A DNA stretch of 64,000 nt from an uncultured Gammaproteobacteria bacterium (lineage in GTDB: Bacteria; Patescibacteriota; Microgenomatia; Levybacterales; GWA1-39-11): contig CAYVKP010000001.1 of assembly GCA_964452165.1 (NCBI GenBank), forward strand, positions 268,110 through 332,109, given 5' to 3'. Below are positions 49,203 through 57,992 of this stretch, piece by piece (position 1 is the stretch's first letter; each line of letters starts with the position of its first letter). The notes beneath the pieces were generated by a model that saw only the letters and a list, made by a program, of their open reading frames with translations, did not search any database and was not told where the DNA came from. The translations under genes were made by a program, and so were the position numbers.

Positions 49203-49481
49203 TTGTCAGTAACAAAAAAAGAGCTTATCGAGCTCGTTGCCAAAAAAGCCAATCTCACCAACAAAGCCGCAAAAGAAGCAATTAAAGTCTTTCTCAATGG
49301 AATTAGGGATTCATTGAAACGTGAGGAGAAAGTTGTAATAACTGGGTTTGGAACGTTTTCTCTTAGAAGTAGGAAAACTAGGAAAGGAAGGAATCCAAAA
49401 ACAGGAGAGACTATTACGATTGCGGCGAGAAAAGCGCCCGGATTCACACCAGGAAAAAGTTTGAAAAAATCAGTAAGATAG
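49203..49481 (+). CDS. hup: HU family DNA-binding protein
   Basis: TKKELIE, VITGFGTF, GRNPKTGE, FTPGKSLK; GGAGGTGA Shine-Dalgarno; TTGACA promoter at 49118. Confidence 0.96.
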   Translation: MSVTKKELIELVAKKANLTNKAAKEAIKVFLNGIRDSLKREEKVVITGFGTFSLRSRKTRKGRNPKTGETITIAARKAPGFTPGKSLKKSVR

Positions 49482-49573
49482 GATGTTCAGACTTAGCCTC
49501 AAGTTCCGCATTTTTGTGCGTAAAATACGCACACTCGTTTGAGTTAGAACCCCCATTTTAGTATAATACACGA

Positions 49574-49896
49574 GCCAGGAAGAAGGATTGTCGGGACGTG
49601 TATTTGTTCGCAAATTACGTTCAGGAAAGTCCAGACAGGTGTAGTGCCGGGGACGGAGTGTAAGCTCCGGAATGAAAGTTCCAGTGTTTGAGTCCTTACT
49701 CTGCTAAAAGGGATTCGAAACAAATTCTGAATTGACAGAATTTGAGATCAACAGAGACGCGCAGAAGTGAAACGTGGAAATCCTACCCGCTGCAACCTAG
49801 GTATCGATACACTGCATTACAAAAACGTATCGAGGTTTATAGGGCAATAGATAGATGACAGTCGAGAAACAGAATCTGGCTTACTCTCTTCCTGGC
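49574..49896 (+). ncRNA. rnpB: RNase P RNA
   Basis: P1 GCCAGGAAGA/TCTTCCTGGC; CR-I GGAAAGTCC; CAACAGAGAC; GTGAAAC; AGATAGATG; CR-V ACAGAATCTGGCTTA; TATAAT at 49562. Confidence 0.92.
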
Positions 49897-49907
49897 ACAA
49901 TTAATTT

Positions 49908-50195
49908 CTATTTCGAGTTCTTTCTGTATATCCAAATTTGATAAAGTATTATTCCCGTTGTGATTATTCCAACCCCTTGGCCGACTGCAACCACTAAGTC
50001 ATGAGTTAAGATTCCATGCAGAGTCCAAAGCGAATAGGCAATAAAAGATAGAAGGATAAACTTAGTTGATAACCCCTTTGTAGACTTTCTTTTTCGATTA
50101 CTAATTATTTGATCCGGAAATCCGACAATCTTTACGATAACTCCAAAAATGATAGTCAAAATTCCAACGATTACTACAAGATTTAAGGGGGGCAT
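49908..50195 (-). CDS. SemiSWEET/PQ-loop-like small transporter
   Basis: Three TM helices, FPDQI..NRKRKSTKGLS, LWTLHG. Confidence 0.75.
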   Translation of the reverse strand: MPPLNLVVIVGILTIIFGVIVKIVGFPDQIISNRKRKSTKGLSTKFILLSFIAYSLWTLHGILTHDLVVAVGQGVGIITTGIILYQIWIYRKNSK

Positions 50196-50196
50196 T

Positions 50197-50676
50197 TTAT
50201 ATCAACTTAATTTCAGTTCGAGTATCTATGAATTCTCCATTTATTTCTCCGTTTCCGTTTACCCAGACTCGTTCGGGGACTGCCTTGTAGATTTGTCTTG
50301 GATTACCTTCCAAAAAATCATCGGCAGTTCGTAATTTACTAGATAGTTTATTTCTTCTCTTGGTAAGTAATTCGTATCCTTTATTAATTTCATTTTCTTC
50401 CCCGAGCTTACGTGCTTTCGCTTTAACATAAACTCCTTTGCCTGTTCCTTCCGCTACGGTTGAATCATAAATTACAATAAAAACGTTATTGTTCGTTTCG
50501 ATATTCTTCGAGTGTTGTGATTCCGTCCACGAATTCCAGTAGAAATTGTAGTTTTCGTCAAAGGCGGAAAAAACTGGCGAATTCCACGGCTCGCCATTTT
50601 TATTTACTGTCGCAATGGTTATATATAATATCTTAGAGATTATATCTTTAGCTTCATCTACCAAGTTCTTTTCCAT
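50197..50676 (-). CDS. Pyridoxamine 5'-phosphate oxidase-like (FMN split barrel) protein
   Basis: ITIATV..GEPWNSPVF, FYWNS..SQHSKNI. Confidence 0.88.
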   Translation of the reverse strand: MEKNLVDEAKDIISKILYITIATVNKNGEPWNSPVFSAFDENYNFYWNSWTESQHSKNIETNNNVFIVIYDSTVAEGTGKGVYVKAKARKLGEENEINKGYELLTKRRNKLSSKLRTADDFLEGNPRQIYKAVPERVWVNGNGEINGEFIDTRTEIKLI

Positions 50677-50696
50677 AAGCCGATTATATCAACAAA

Positions 50697-53594
50697 TTAA
50701 CTTATGTTACAAAGCATTTTATATTCACAATTACGACACAAAATGCTATGTGAACACTTAAAATCACTGTGTTCGATTTGTTCAATTTTCTCAAGAATTA
50801 TTTTTTTTACTCTTTCAATTTCTTCTTCGTCCATCTGTTTTGTTTTTTTAACTCCTTCTTCAAGATACAGAAGAGAAACAGTTATGTCCTCAGGTTTTCT
50901 TTTCAAATTAGCGTCTTCCACTTCAGTCGCCGCTAAAGCATAAACACCAAGCTGGAGGTCATAGTTTGCTTGTGATTGTCCCTGCGAACTTCCGGTTTTG
51001 TAATCTATTATTTCAATACCATCACCGCTTTTATCTATGCGGTCTATTTTTCCGACAATTTTTACTGGCGGTTTACCATCTCTTTTAAGGAAGAAAGAGA
51101 AAGGCAATTCAAGCGACAGGGGAATATTTTTGGGGCTATGTATGTTCTTAAAATAATTGGTCAAAATTTTCTCGCCAAGCGTGAACATCTTTTTTTCATA
51201 AGTTTTTTCTTGATAGCCTTCAGACAACCAGTTTGCTGACAGCAACGATAAAAAGTCCTTTAGTGTCTGTTTCTTTCCACTCCTAATATTGTTATAGAAG
51301 TCATTCATGGTAGCGTGCATAGAGATTCCAAAGGAAAGAGGAGCAGTAGCCGGGGTTGGAAGCCTAAGTAAATGTCGGGCTTTAAAATGTAGTGGGCATA
51401 TGTCAAATGACTGGAGTTGTGAATAGGAGAGGGCTGTAATTTGAAAAGGACTTTTCTCTTCGACTTTCTCTTCGACTTCTTCGTAATCTTTTATGACATC
51501 CAAAAACGAAAGTTGTTTAACTTTTTTTTCAGTACTTACTTTTTCTTTTAGCTCGGGTATTGCTTCAAACACGAATGGTGAAATTTTCTTTTCTCGTTTT
51601 CCGTCTGCGTAAAATTTAGCCGCTGTAAAAATAAGTAAATCCTGTGCACGTGTCATTCCAACGTAAAACAATCTTCTTTCCTCTTGAATGTGATGGTCTC
51701 CTTCGGGTATAACTTCTTTTATTAACTTCTCATCAAGTGGAATTTTTTCCCGTCGCTCTCGGGTTGGAAAACGGTCATTTACCAAGTTAACCATAAACAC
51801 AACCGGGAATTCCAAACCCTTACTTGAGTGAATAGTCAAAATGTTAACTGCATTGTTTTCTTTGAAGTCTACATCAGATACTAAGGGGCTGTCACCCATT
51901 TCCATTTGTAAATCTAGCCAATCAACGACAGAATAAATATTGGCGTCTTGATTGATAGTTTCAAAAGTTTTGATCCGGTCAAAGAACTTGGCTATGTTAT
52001 TGGCTTGTTTTTCATCTTTTTCAGTTTTGGTGTCAAGGTATGAATTGAGTAGGCCCGTATCAAGGAAAAAATAGTAAAGAATTTGCCCGGGTGAATCCTT
52101 TTTCATTTTCTCAATGTGTCTTGTTATCATTTTCACTAATTTTTCTATTTTAGATTTTGTATCGCTAGACAAATAAGTTTCATTAATATTCTCGAGAGCT
52201 TCAAAAAGGGTGAAATTTCTTTTTTTGGCAAATGATATACAAAAATTTATGTCTCTCGCGGGGACGTCAAAAATATCCATACTCAAAATTCTGTAAAGAG
52301 AGACTGAATCCTCGAGATTATATAAAACCTTAAAATAAGCAATTAAATTTTTAATCTCTTCCTGTTGATATAAATATCCCGGACCTAAAAATTGGTAGGG
52401 AATTTTATTTCTCGAGAGCGCCGTTGTGATGGGTTGTGCGTGGTTGTTTGCTCTGACAAGAATCGCAAAATCTCCGTACTTATATTTATTGCTTTTCAAA
52501 ATGAGCTTAATTTTTTTAGCTATCTCTTCTGCTTCCTCGTCAACTCTGTCAGCGAATATAAGATCTACTGGCTTACCAGCGGTTTTTCTATCTGAGATGA
52601 GCTTTTTATTTATATTTTCCATAACTTCTAATCTGTTAGGGTTGTTATTTTGAATGAGAGCATAAGAACGGTCTAATATCTCCTGTGTAGATCTATAGTT
52701 GCGCACTAGAGTAATGATTTTAGACTTTGGAAAGTTATTCCTGAACTGTATAACGTTGGATAGTGCTGCTCCTCGCCATCTATAAATTGCTTGGTCATCA
52801 TCAGCAACAACCGTTATATTCTGTTTTGATCCTGCAAGTAAAATTGCCAATTCATTTTGGGCAAAATTTGTATCTTGGAATTCATCGACCAAAATATATT
52901 TGAATTTATTCTGAAGTCTTTTTAAAACATTTTTTCTTGTTCTTAGCAAAAATAAGGTTTGAGCGATAATATCTGAAAAATCTAGAGTTCCATCTTTTTG
53001 TTTAAGCCTAGAATAGGAAGCAAAAGTCTCTGCCAGTTCCAGAGTTTTTTTGTTCTCAAGTTTTTCCTCTATGCTAGCCGACTTTTTATTGTTTTGAGCT
53101 TTGGCAAATTTTAAATATTCGGATGGAGTTATATCCTCGTCCTGTAGTCGGGAAAAGTGGGTAAGAAGGGCTTCAAGAAACTTATTAGGGCTCCCGAGGG
53201 GTCTGAAGTATTCAAGATTCAGCTTAAATAAGTTGCGCCGTAGGAAGAGAATGCTTTCAGACTCGGTCATCAGTTTAAAACTTGGCACAAGTCCTATCGC
53301 CAAACCTTCTTGGCGAAGTAGGGTATCGCAAAACCCGTGAAAGGTTGAAATCCACATTTGGGTGTAGCCGTATGGCATCATTTTATCCACGCGATCCTCC
53401 ATCTCTTTCGCAGCCTTATCAGTGAAAGTCAACGCTAGAATTTCTTCAGGTTTGGCAAGACCCTCCTTTATTAAGTGATTTATTCTCTGAGTGATAACCG
53501 TGGTTTTGCCGGTTCCTGCCCCAGCAATTATTAAGAGCGGACCCACGGAATGCTCTATTGCTTTTTTTTGTTCGAGGTTTAAAACTTGGGCCAT
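50697..53594 (-). CDS. UvrD/PcrA-family helicase fused to a C-terminal PD-(D/E)xK nuclease with Fe-S-type cysteines
   Basis: AGAGTGKT, LVDEFQDTN, NYRS, TIHSSKGLEF, EERRLFYVGMTRA; then LSYSQL..CP, GKIDRID, IIDYKTG, QLGVY, C..LCRNCEYKMLC. Confidence 0.95.
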   Translation of the reverse strand: MAQVLNLEQKKAIEHSVGPLLIIAGAGTGKTTVITQRINHLIKEGLAKPEEILALTFTDKAAKEMEDRVDKMMPYGYTQMWISTFHGFCDTLLRQEGLAIGLVPSFKLMTESESILFLRRNLFKLNLEYFRPLGSPNKFLEALLTHFSRLQDEDITPSEYLKFAKAQNNKKSASIEEKLENKKTLELAETFASYSRLKQKDGTLDFSDIIAQTLFLLRTRKNVLKRLQNKFKYILVDEFQDTNFAQNELAILLAGSKQNITVVADDDQAIYRWRGAALSNVIQFRNNFPKSKIITLVRNYRSTQEILDRSYALIQNNNPNRLEVMENINKKLISDRKTAGKPVDLIFADRVDEEAEEIAKKIKLILKSNKYKYGDFAILVRANNHAQPITTALSRNKIPYQFLGPGYLYQQEEIKNLIAYFKVLYNLEDSVSLYRILSMDIFDVPARDINFCISFAKKRNFTLFEALENINETYLSSDTKSKIEKLVKMITRHIEKMKKDSPGQILYYFFLDTGLLNSYLDTKTEKDEKQANNIAKFFDRIKTFETINQDANIYSVVDWLDLQMEMGDSPLVSDVDFKENNAVNILTIHSSKGLEFPVVFMVNLVNDRFPTRERREKIPLDEKLIKEVIPEGDHHIQEERRLFYVGMTRAQDLLIFTAAKFYADGKREKKISPFVFEAIPELKEKVSTEKKVKQLSFLDVIKDYEEVEEKVEEKSPFQITALSYSQLQSFDICPLHFKARHLLRLPTPATAPLSFGISMHATMNDFYNNIRSGKKQTLKDFLSLLSANWLSEGYQEKTYEKKMFTLGEKILTNYFKNIHSPKNIPLSLELPFSFFLKRDGKPPVKIVGKIDRIDKSGDGIEIIDYKTGSSQGQSQANYDLQLGVYALAATEVEDANLKRKPEDITVSLLYLEEGVKKTKQMDEEEIERVKKIILEKIEQIEHSDFKCSHSILCRNCEYKMLCNIS

Positions 53595-53632
53595 TCTGGC
53601 GTCATTTTATCACAATCTGGAGTCGATAGAAG

Positions 53633-54040
53633 CTATTTAACAACAATGGTGCCCTTTTCAGACGGATTGAGGTGATTATGGTAAGTAAATGTTCCTGGAG
53701 TTTTGAAAACAGTCTGGACAGTATAGCTATTTGGGAATTGTCCAAGGTTTAGAAATGGATATAAATTGTGGGTTGGGTGCGGATCAGAGTTTACAGTAGC
53801 ATTTTTACCACTTTTGTTTATCCAGGCAACCGTGTCACCCTTATTGACATTTATTGTAGCCGGAGAAAAACCGCTGGCCGTCAAAGTTACTTCATGTATT
53901 GCCTGTGGGGGAGCAATAGTTTTTGGTTCACTATTAGATAATTTGCGTTGAGCTGGCTTGTTAGCGTTTCTGGTCAACAGGAAAAAACCACCGACTGCGA
54001 CTATTATTACAATAATAAGGATTACAACTTTATTATTCAT
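53633..54040 (-). CDS. Membrane-anchored cupredoxin-like protein
   Basis: GFSPATINVNKGDTVAWIN, F..PGTFTYHNHL..GTIVV. Confidence 0.82.
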   Translation of the reverse strand: MNNKVVILIIVIIVAVGGFFLLTRNANKPAQRKLSNSEPKTIAPPQAIHEVTLTASGFSPATINVNKGDTVAWINKSGKNATVNSDPHPTHNLYPFLNLGQFPNSYTVQTVFKTPGTFTYHNHLNPSEKGTIVVK

Positions 54041-54136
54041 GTCTACATTAAGTTATCATAACATTTCGGCGTGTGTCAACATTTTAAGTCTTGCAAATAT
54101 TTCGCTATGGATATATTATATTCAGAGTCTTTTAGT

Positions 54137-54337
54137 ATGCACAAGTACAAGAATCTCACCTCGAAAATCATTCCCCTAAAACAAGATAGTAAACCCAGTA
54201 GTAAAACCGTAGATATGCTTAAGCGAGCGTGGAATCAATTGCCCTCGGACTTTACAATGGGAGAAAGATCACTTTTTATAGAGCTAGCGGAAAGAATTAT
54301 AAAAGTTTCGGATAGCCGCTCAGACGAAGTCAATTAG
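54137..54337 (+). CDS. Small hypothetical protein (66 aa)
   Basis: TTGCAA-17-TATTAT promoter upstream; fills the gap before the convergent rmuC. Confidence 0.5.
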   Translation: MHKYKNLTSKIIPLKQDSKPSSKTVDMLKRAWNQLPSDFTMGERSLFIELAERIIKVSDSRSDEVN

Positions 54338-55314
54338 GCCTCAAGTAACTCTTTTTCTTCTTGCTCAAGTATTTTAGTATTTTTAATTTTATCTCCAAGT
54401 CTGCCGAATGATGTCTCAGATTGTTTCATCATGTTATAAGAATTGGTAATGTGCTTGTTCAAAGTGTCCAGATTTTCTCCAACTTTTGAATACTCTGTTT
54501 GGATTGCTCGGAGACTCGATAGTATTTTCTGCGCGTGTTGAGTAATTTTCTGTCCTTCAAAACCCATAAGGATTGCTCGAAGGTACGCATAAAAAGTCAT
54601 AGGCGAAACCGGTAAGACTCGCATTTTTTGTGAATAATCAAAAAGAGTAGAGCTATTTACAATTTCATAATATACGGATTCGGATGGTACGTACATTAAA
54701 GCGTAGTCAATCGTGCCTTCCGAGGGCAATATGTACTTTTTTGCAATGTCGTCAATATGTTTTTTTATGTCCGACAGAAATACTTTTTCCGCAGCTTTTT
54801 TCTCACTGTCCGTTCCGGCTTTACTCATTAGTCTGAAGTTTTCCATTGGGAATTTTGAATCAATTGGGATAATTCCGGCTTCTGTCTTTATCGCCGCATC
54901 AACAATCGATCCATTTTTAAAAGCGTACTGCATATTAAAAGATGCTTTTGGTAACATTTGGCCAAGTAGCTCTTTTAAGATATGCTCGCCCATATTCCCT
55001 CTCAGCTTTGGACTTTTTAGAAAGTCTTGAAGTTCACGCATGCTTCTCCCAATCTCAGACATTTCCCCAATATTTTTTTGTACGGCTGAAATTACGCGAG
55101 CCGCATTATCAAGCCGGTCATTTAAATGTTTGGAATTTTCAAGCAAAGTGGAATTCATCGTTTTGCTATTTTGATCGAACGAAGTCTGCATAGACTTCAT
55201 CCATTCAAGAAGTGAAGCATCCTGTTTTTGCTTAGAGCTTCTACTGATGAGGTAAATTACAATTCCAAAACCTATTATTAAAATTGAAGAAATTATGAGC
55301 AGATCAGAATTCAT
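54334..55314 (-). CDS. rmuC: DNA recombination protein RmuC
   Basis: N-terminal TM and coiled coil, PKLRGNMGE, VDA, IDSKFP, IAKKYI, YVPSESVY, VSP. Confidence 0.93.
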   Translation of the reverse strand: MNSDLLIISSILIIGFGIVIYLISRSSKQKQDASLLEWMKSMQTSFDQNSKTMNSTLLENSKHLNDRLDNAARVISAVQKNIGEMSEIGRSMRELQDFLKSPKLRGNMGEHILKELLGQMLPKASFNMQYAFKNGSIVDAAIKTEAGIIPIDSKFPMENFRLMSKAGTDSEKKAAEKVFLSDIKKHIDDIAKKYILPSEGTIDYALMYVPSESVYYEIVNSSTLFDYSQKMRVLPVSPMTFYAYLRAILMGFEGQKITQHAQKILSSLRAIQTEYSKVGENLDTLNKHITNSYNMMKQSETSFGRLGDKIKNTKILEQEEKELLEA

Positions 55315-55340
55315 AGAGCTCCTATTTTACCACAAGCAGT

Positions 55341-55865
55341 CTACTTGTTTTGCTCGAGAGATTTATAGAGGACTATTGCCAAAGAAACCATAGTGTTTAA
55401 TGACACATTTACCCCATACATTGGGAGTTCGACAATACTATCACAGAGTTCGAGAACTTCTTTTGAAACTCCATGTGTTTCGTTTCCTATAATTAGTGCC
55501 ACCGGAAAGGAATAGTCAGCTTTTGTGTAATCAATGCTTTTTTCACTTTGTTCGATTGCAATAATTTTTATCTTGGGAACTTCAGATCGAAGATTCCTAA
55601 TAGCATCGGCCGTTTCTTGAAAATGTTGCCACTCTGTCAGTTGCCAAGTATTTATCGATGATTTTTTAATTCGAGTGTTAGGTGGAGTTTCCGTATATCC
55701 ACAAAGGAAAATTTTCTTGACAGCTGCAGCGTCCGCGAGTCTAAAAACTGCTCCCACGTTATATGTATCCAAAACGTTATCCAAGATAATGTATATATCG
55801 TGTTTCGAATGGTTTGTTTTGGGAGCTTGATCCATTCGTCTCAACTTGGAAGAATTTAATTTCAT
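55341..55865 (-). CDS. SpoU/TrmH family RNA 2'-O-methyltransferase
   Basis: LDNV..YNVGAVFR, IGNETHGV, LPMYG..SLN. Confidence 0.92.
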   Translation of the reverse strand: MKLNSSKLRRMDQAPKTNHSKHDIYIILDNVLDTYNVGAVFRLADAAAVKKIFLCGYTETPPNTRIKKSSINTWQLTEWQHFQETADAIRNLRSEVPKIKIIAIEQSEKSIDYTKADYSFPVALIIGNETHGVSKEVLELCDSIVELPMYGVNVSLNTMVSLAIVLYKSLEQNK

Positions 55866-55866
55866 T

Positions 55867-57909
55867 TTAATCAGCGGTGGGAGGAGTTGGGGAACTTGGG
55901 TCAGGGTGGGCGTCTTTCATAAGTTGTGCTTTTGTCCATACTGCAAAATCGCACTTGGGGTAATTTCCACAACCATAAAAAGTTCTCCCACGGCGGGTTC
56001 TCTTGAGTACCATTTTTCCACCATCTTTGGGGCAAAGATAACCCGACTCTTCAACGATAGATTCTCGGAATTTACATGTTGGAAAATTATTGCAAGCCTT
56101 GAACTTTCCAAACCTTCCGATTCTTATGACTACGTCCCCACCGTCTAGGGGACATTTTTCGCCAGTTTTCTCGGGTTCAATAGTAATCTTTTCCTCCTGC
56201 TCGGCGCCGGCAATTTCACTAGCAAAAGGTCCATAAAATTCCTTAATGATAGGTACCCAATCTATTTTTCCATCTGCAATTTCATCTAGCTTATGCTCCA
56301 TCTCGGCCGTGAAGGGAATGTCATCAATGTTTGGAAAATTTTTGACAAGAAAATCATTGACCAAGATACCAATTTCGGTAGGCTTGAATCTATTTTCTTC
56401 TTTTTCAACATAGAATCTTGAAGTGATTGTTGAAATAATCGGAGCATATGTCGATGGTCTACCAATCCCATGCTTTTCAAGCGAGCCGATTAGTGAAGCT
56501 TCATTGTATCTTGGCGGAGGTGAACTCTGGTGGTTTGTAATTTTTGTCTCTGATAAGTTAAGATTGTCGCCCACTGTGAGTGGAGGTATTAATTGTTCGT
56601 CATCTTCGTAGAACCAGGTTTTAAGAAAACCATCAAATTTCATCACTCGGCCGTTTGCTTGGAAAGAATAAGTCTTATCACTCTTTGCCTCAACTTCTAT
56701 TCTCGTTGACATAAACACAGCATCGGCCATCTGCGTTGACAAGGCCCTCTTATATATAAGGTTATACAGCTTCGCGAAGTCCTTACCTAGTTTTGTTGAT
56801 ACGGCCTGTTCATCTTCAAATAGATTAGTTGGTCTGATTGCTTCGTGTGCCTCTTGGGCAAGCTTGGACTTTGTGTGATAAATACGCGGCGCATCAGGTA
56901 AATATTTTTTGCCGAAAGTTTTCTCGATATAGTTTCGTGCTTCTGATATAAAGTCATTAGATAGATTGTAGGAGTCAGTACGGTGGTACGTTATAAATCC
57001 TTCCTCATAGAGTCTTTGAGCAAGACTCATTGTCCTTTTACTGGGGTAGCCAAAACGTCTACTCGCTTCTATCTGAAGAAGAGAAGTTGTAAAGGGTGGG
57101 TAAGGAGCTCTTTTCGTTTCTTTTTGTGCGACATCGAGAATTTTAAATTCTTTACCGGCAAGATCATTTTTAATTGAATTGGCATCTGTTTGCGATAAAA
57201 CAGTTTTCGCGTATTTATAATCCCCGTCGTAAAGCGCGATGGCGGTGATTTTTTCAATTACTTCTCCGTTTATCTTAACCAGCTCGAAGTTGATAAGATT
57301 TTTACTCTCTTTAAAAAGTAGCGCAAATACTCTCGAGAAGTCTTCGCTTTTGAATTTTTCAATTTCTCTCTCTCGCTCAACTATAAGTCTCAGCGCTATT
57401 GATTGGACTCTGCCCGCGGATAATCCTTTTTTAATTTTTTGCCACAAGATTGGCGACAGCTTATATCCCACAATTCGATCTAAAATCCTTCTACCTGTTT
57501 GAGCTGCAACAAGATTTGCATCTAAGTCTTTAGGGTTTGCTATGGCTTCACTTATAGCGCGTGGAGTAATCTCATGAAAGACAATTCTTTCAAATTTTAT
57601 CTTTTTATTTTCCTGAGATAAGACCTCTTTTAAGTGATATGCGATTGCTTCCCCTTCCCGGTCAGGGTCAGTTGCTAGAATTATTTTCTCAACATCCTTA
57701 ACTTCACTTTTCAAGTTTTCCATTATTTTTCTCTTGTCTTTTGGTATTACATACTTTGGTTGGAAGTCGTGTTCTACATCTACGCCCAGAGTTCCCTTTG
57801 GTAAGTCTCGAATATGGCCCATCGATGCTTCAATAACATATTTACCACCCAAAAAACGGGTTAGTGTTTTTGCTTTTGTGGGCGACTCAACGAGTATTAA
57901 ATTTTTCAT
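55867..57909 (-). CDS. topA: DNA topoisomerase I with Zn-ribbon repeats
   Basis: VESPTKAK, ATDPDREGE, SAGRVQS, ITYHRTDS, AHEAIRPT, GIGRPSTY. Confidence 0.98.
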   Translation of the reverse strand: MKNLILVESPTKAKTLTRFLGGKYVIEASMGHIRDLPKGTLGVDVEHDFQPKYVIPKDKRKIMENLKSEVKDVEKIILATDPDREGEAIAYHLKEVLSQENKKIKFERIVFHEITPRAISEAIANPKDLDANLVAAQTGRRILDRIVGYKLSPILWQKIKKGLSAGRVQSIALRLIVEREREIEKFKSEDFSRVFALLFKESKNLINFELVKINGEVIEKITAIALYDGDYKYAKTVLSQTDANSIKNDLAGKEFKILDVAQKETKRAPYPPFTTSLLQIEASRRFGYPSKRTMSLAQRLYEEGFITYHRTDSYNLSNDFISEARNYIEKTFGKKYLPDAPRIYHTKSKLAQEAHEAIRPTNLFEDEQAVSTKLGKDFAKLYNLIYKRALSTQMADAVFMSTRIEVEAKSDKTYSFQANGRVMKFDGFLKTWFYEDDEQLIPPLTVGDNLNLSETKITNHQSSPPPRYNEASLIGSLEKHGIGRPSTYAPIISTITSRFYVEKEENRFKPTEIGILVNDFLVKNFPNIDDIPFTAEMEHKLDEIADGKIDWVPIIKEFYGPFASEIAGAEQEEKITIEPEKTGEKCPLDGGDVVIRIGRFGKFKACNNFPTCKFRESIVEESGYLCPKDGGKMVLKRTRRGRTFYGCGNYPKCDFAVWTKAQLMKDAHPDPSSPTPPTAD

Positions 57910-57992
57910 GAATTAAAGTATATCAGACGCAAGTCGCCTATTGTAAAGTATGAAAAACTAATTTGCAAGCGACTGATGCTATAATCTTTTCT

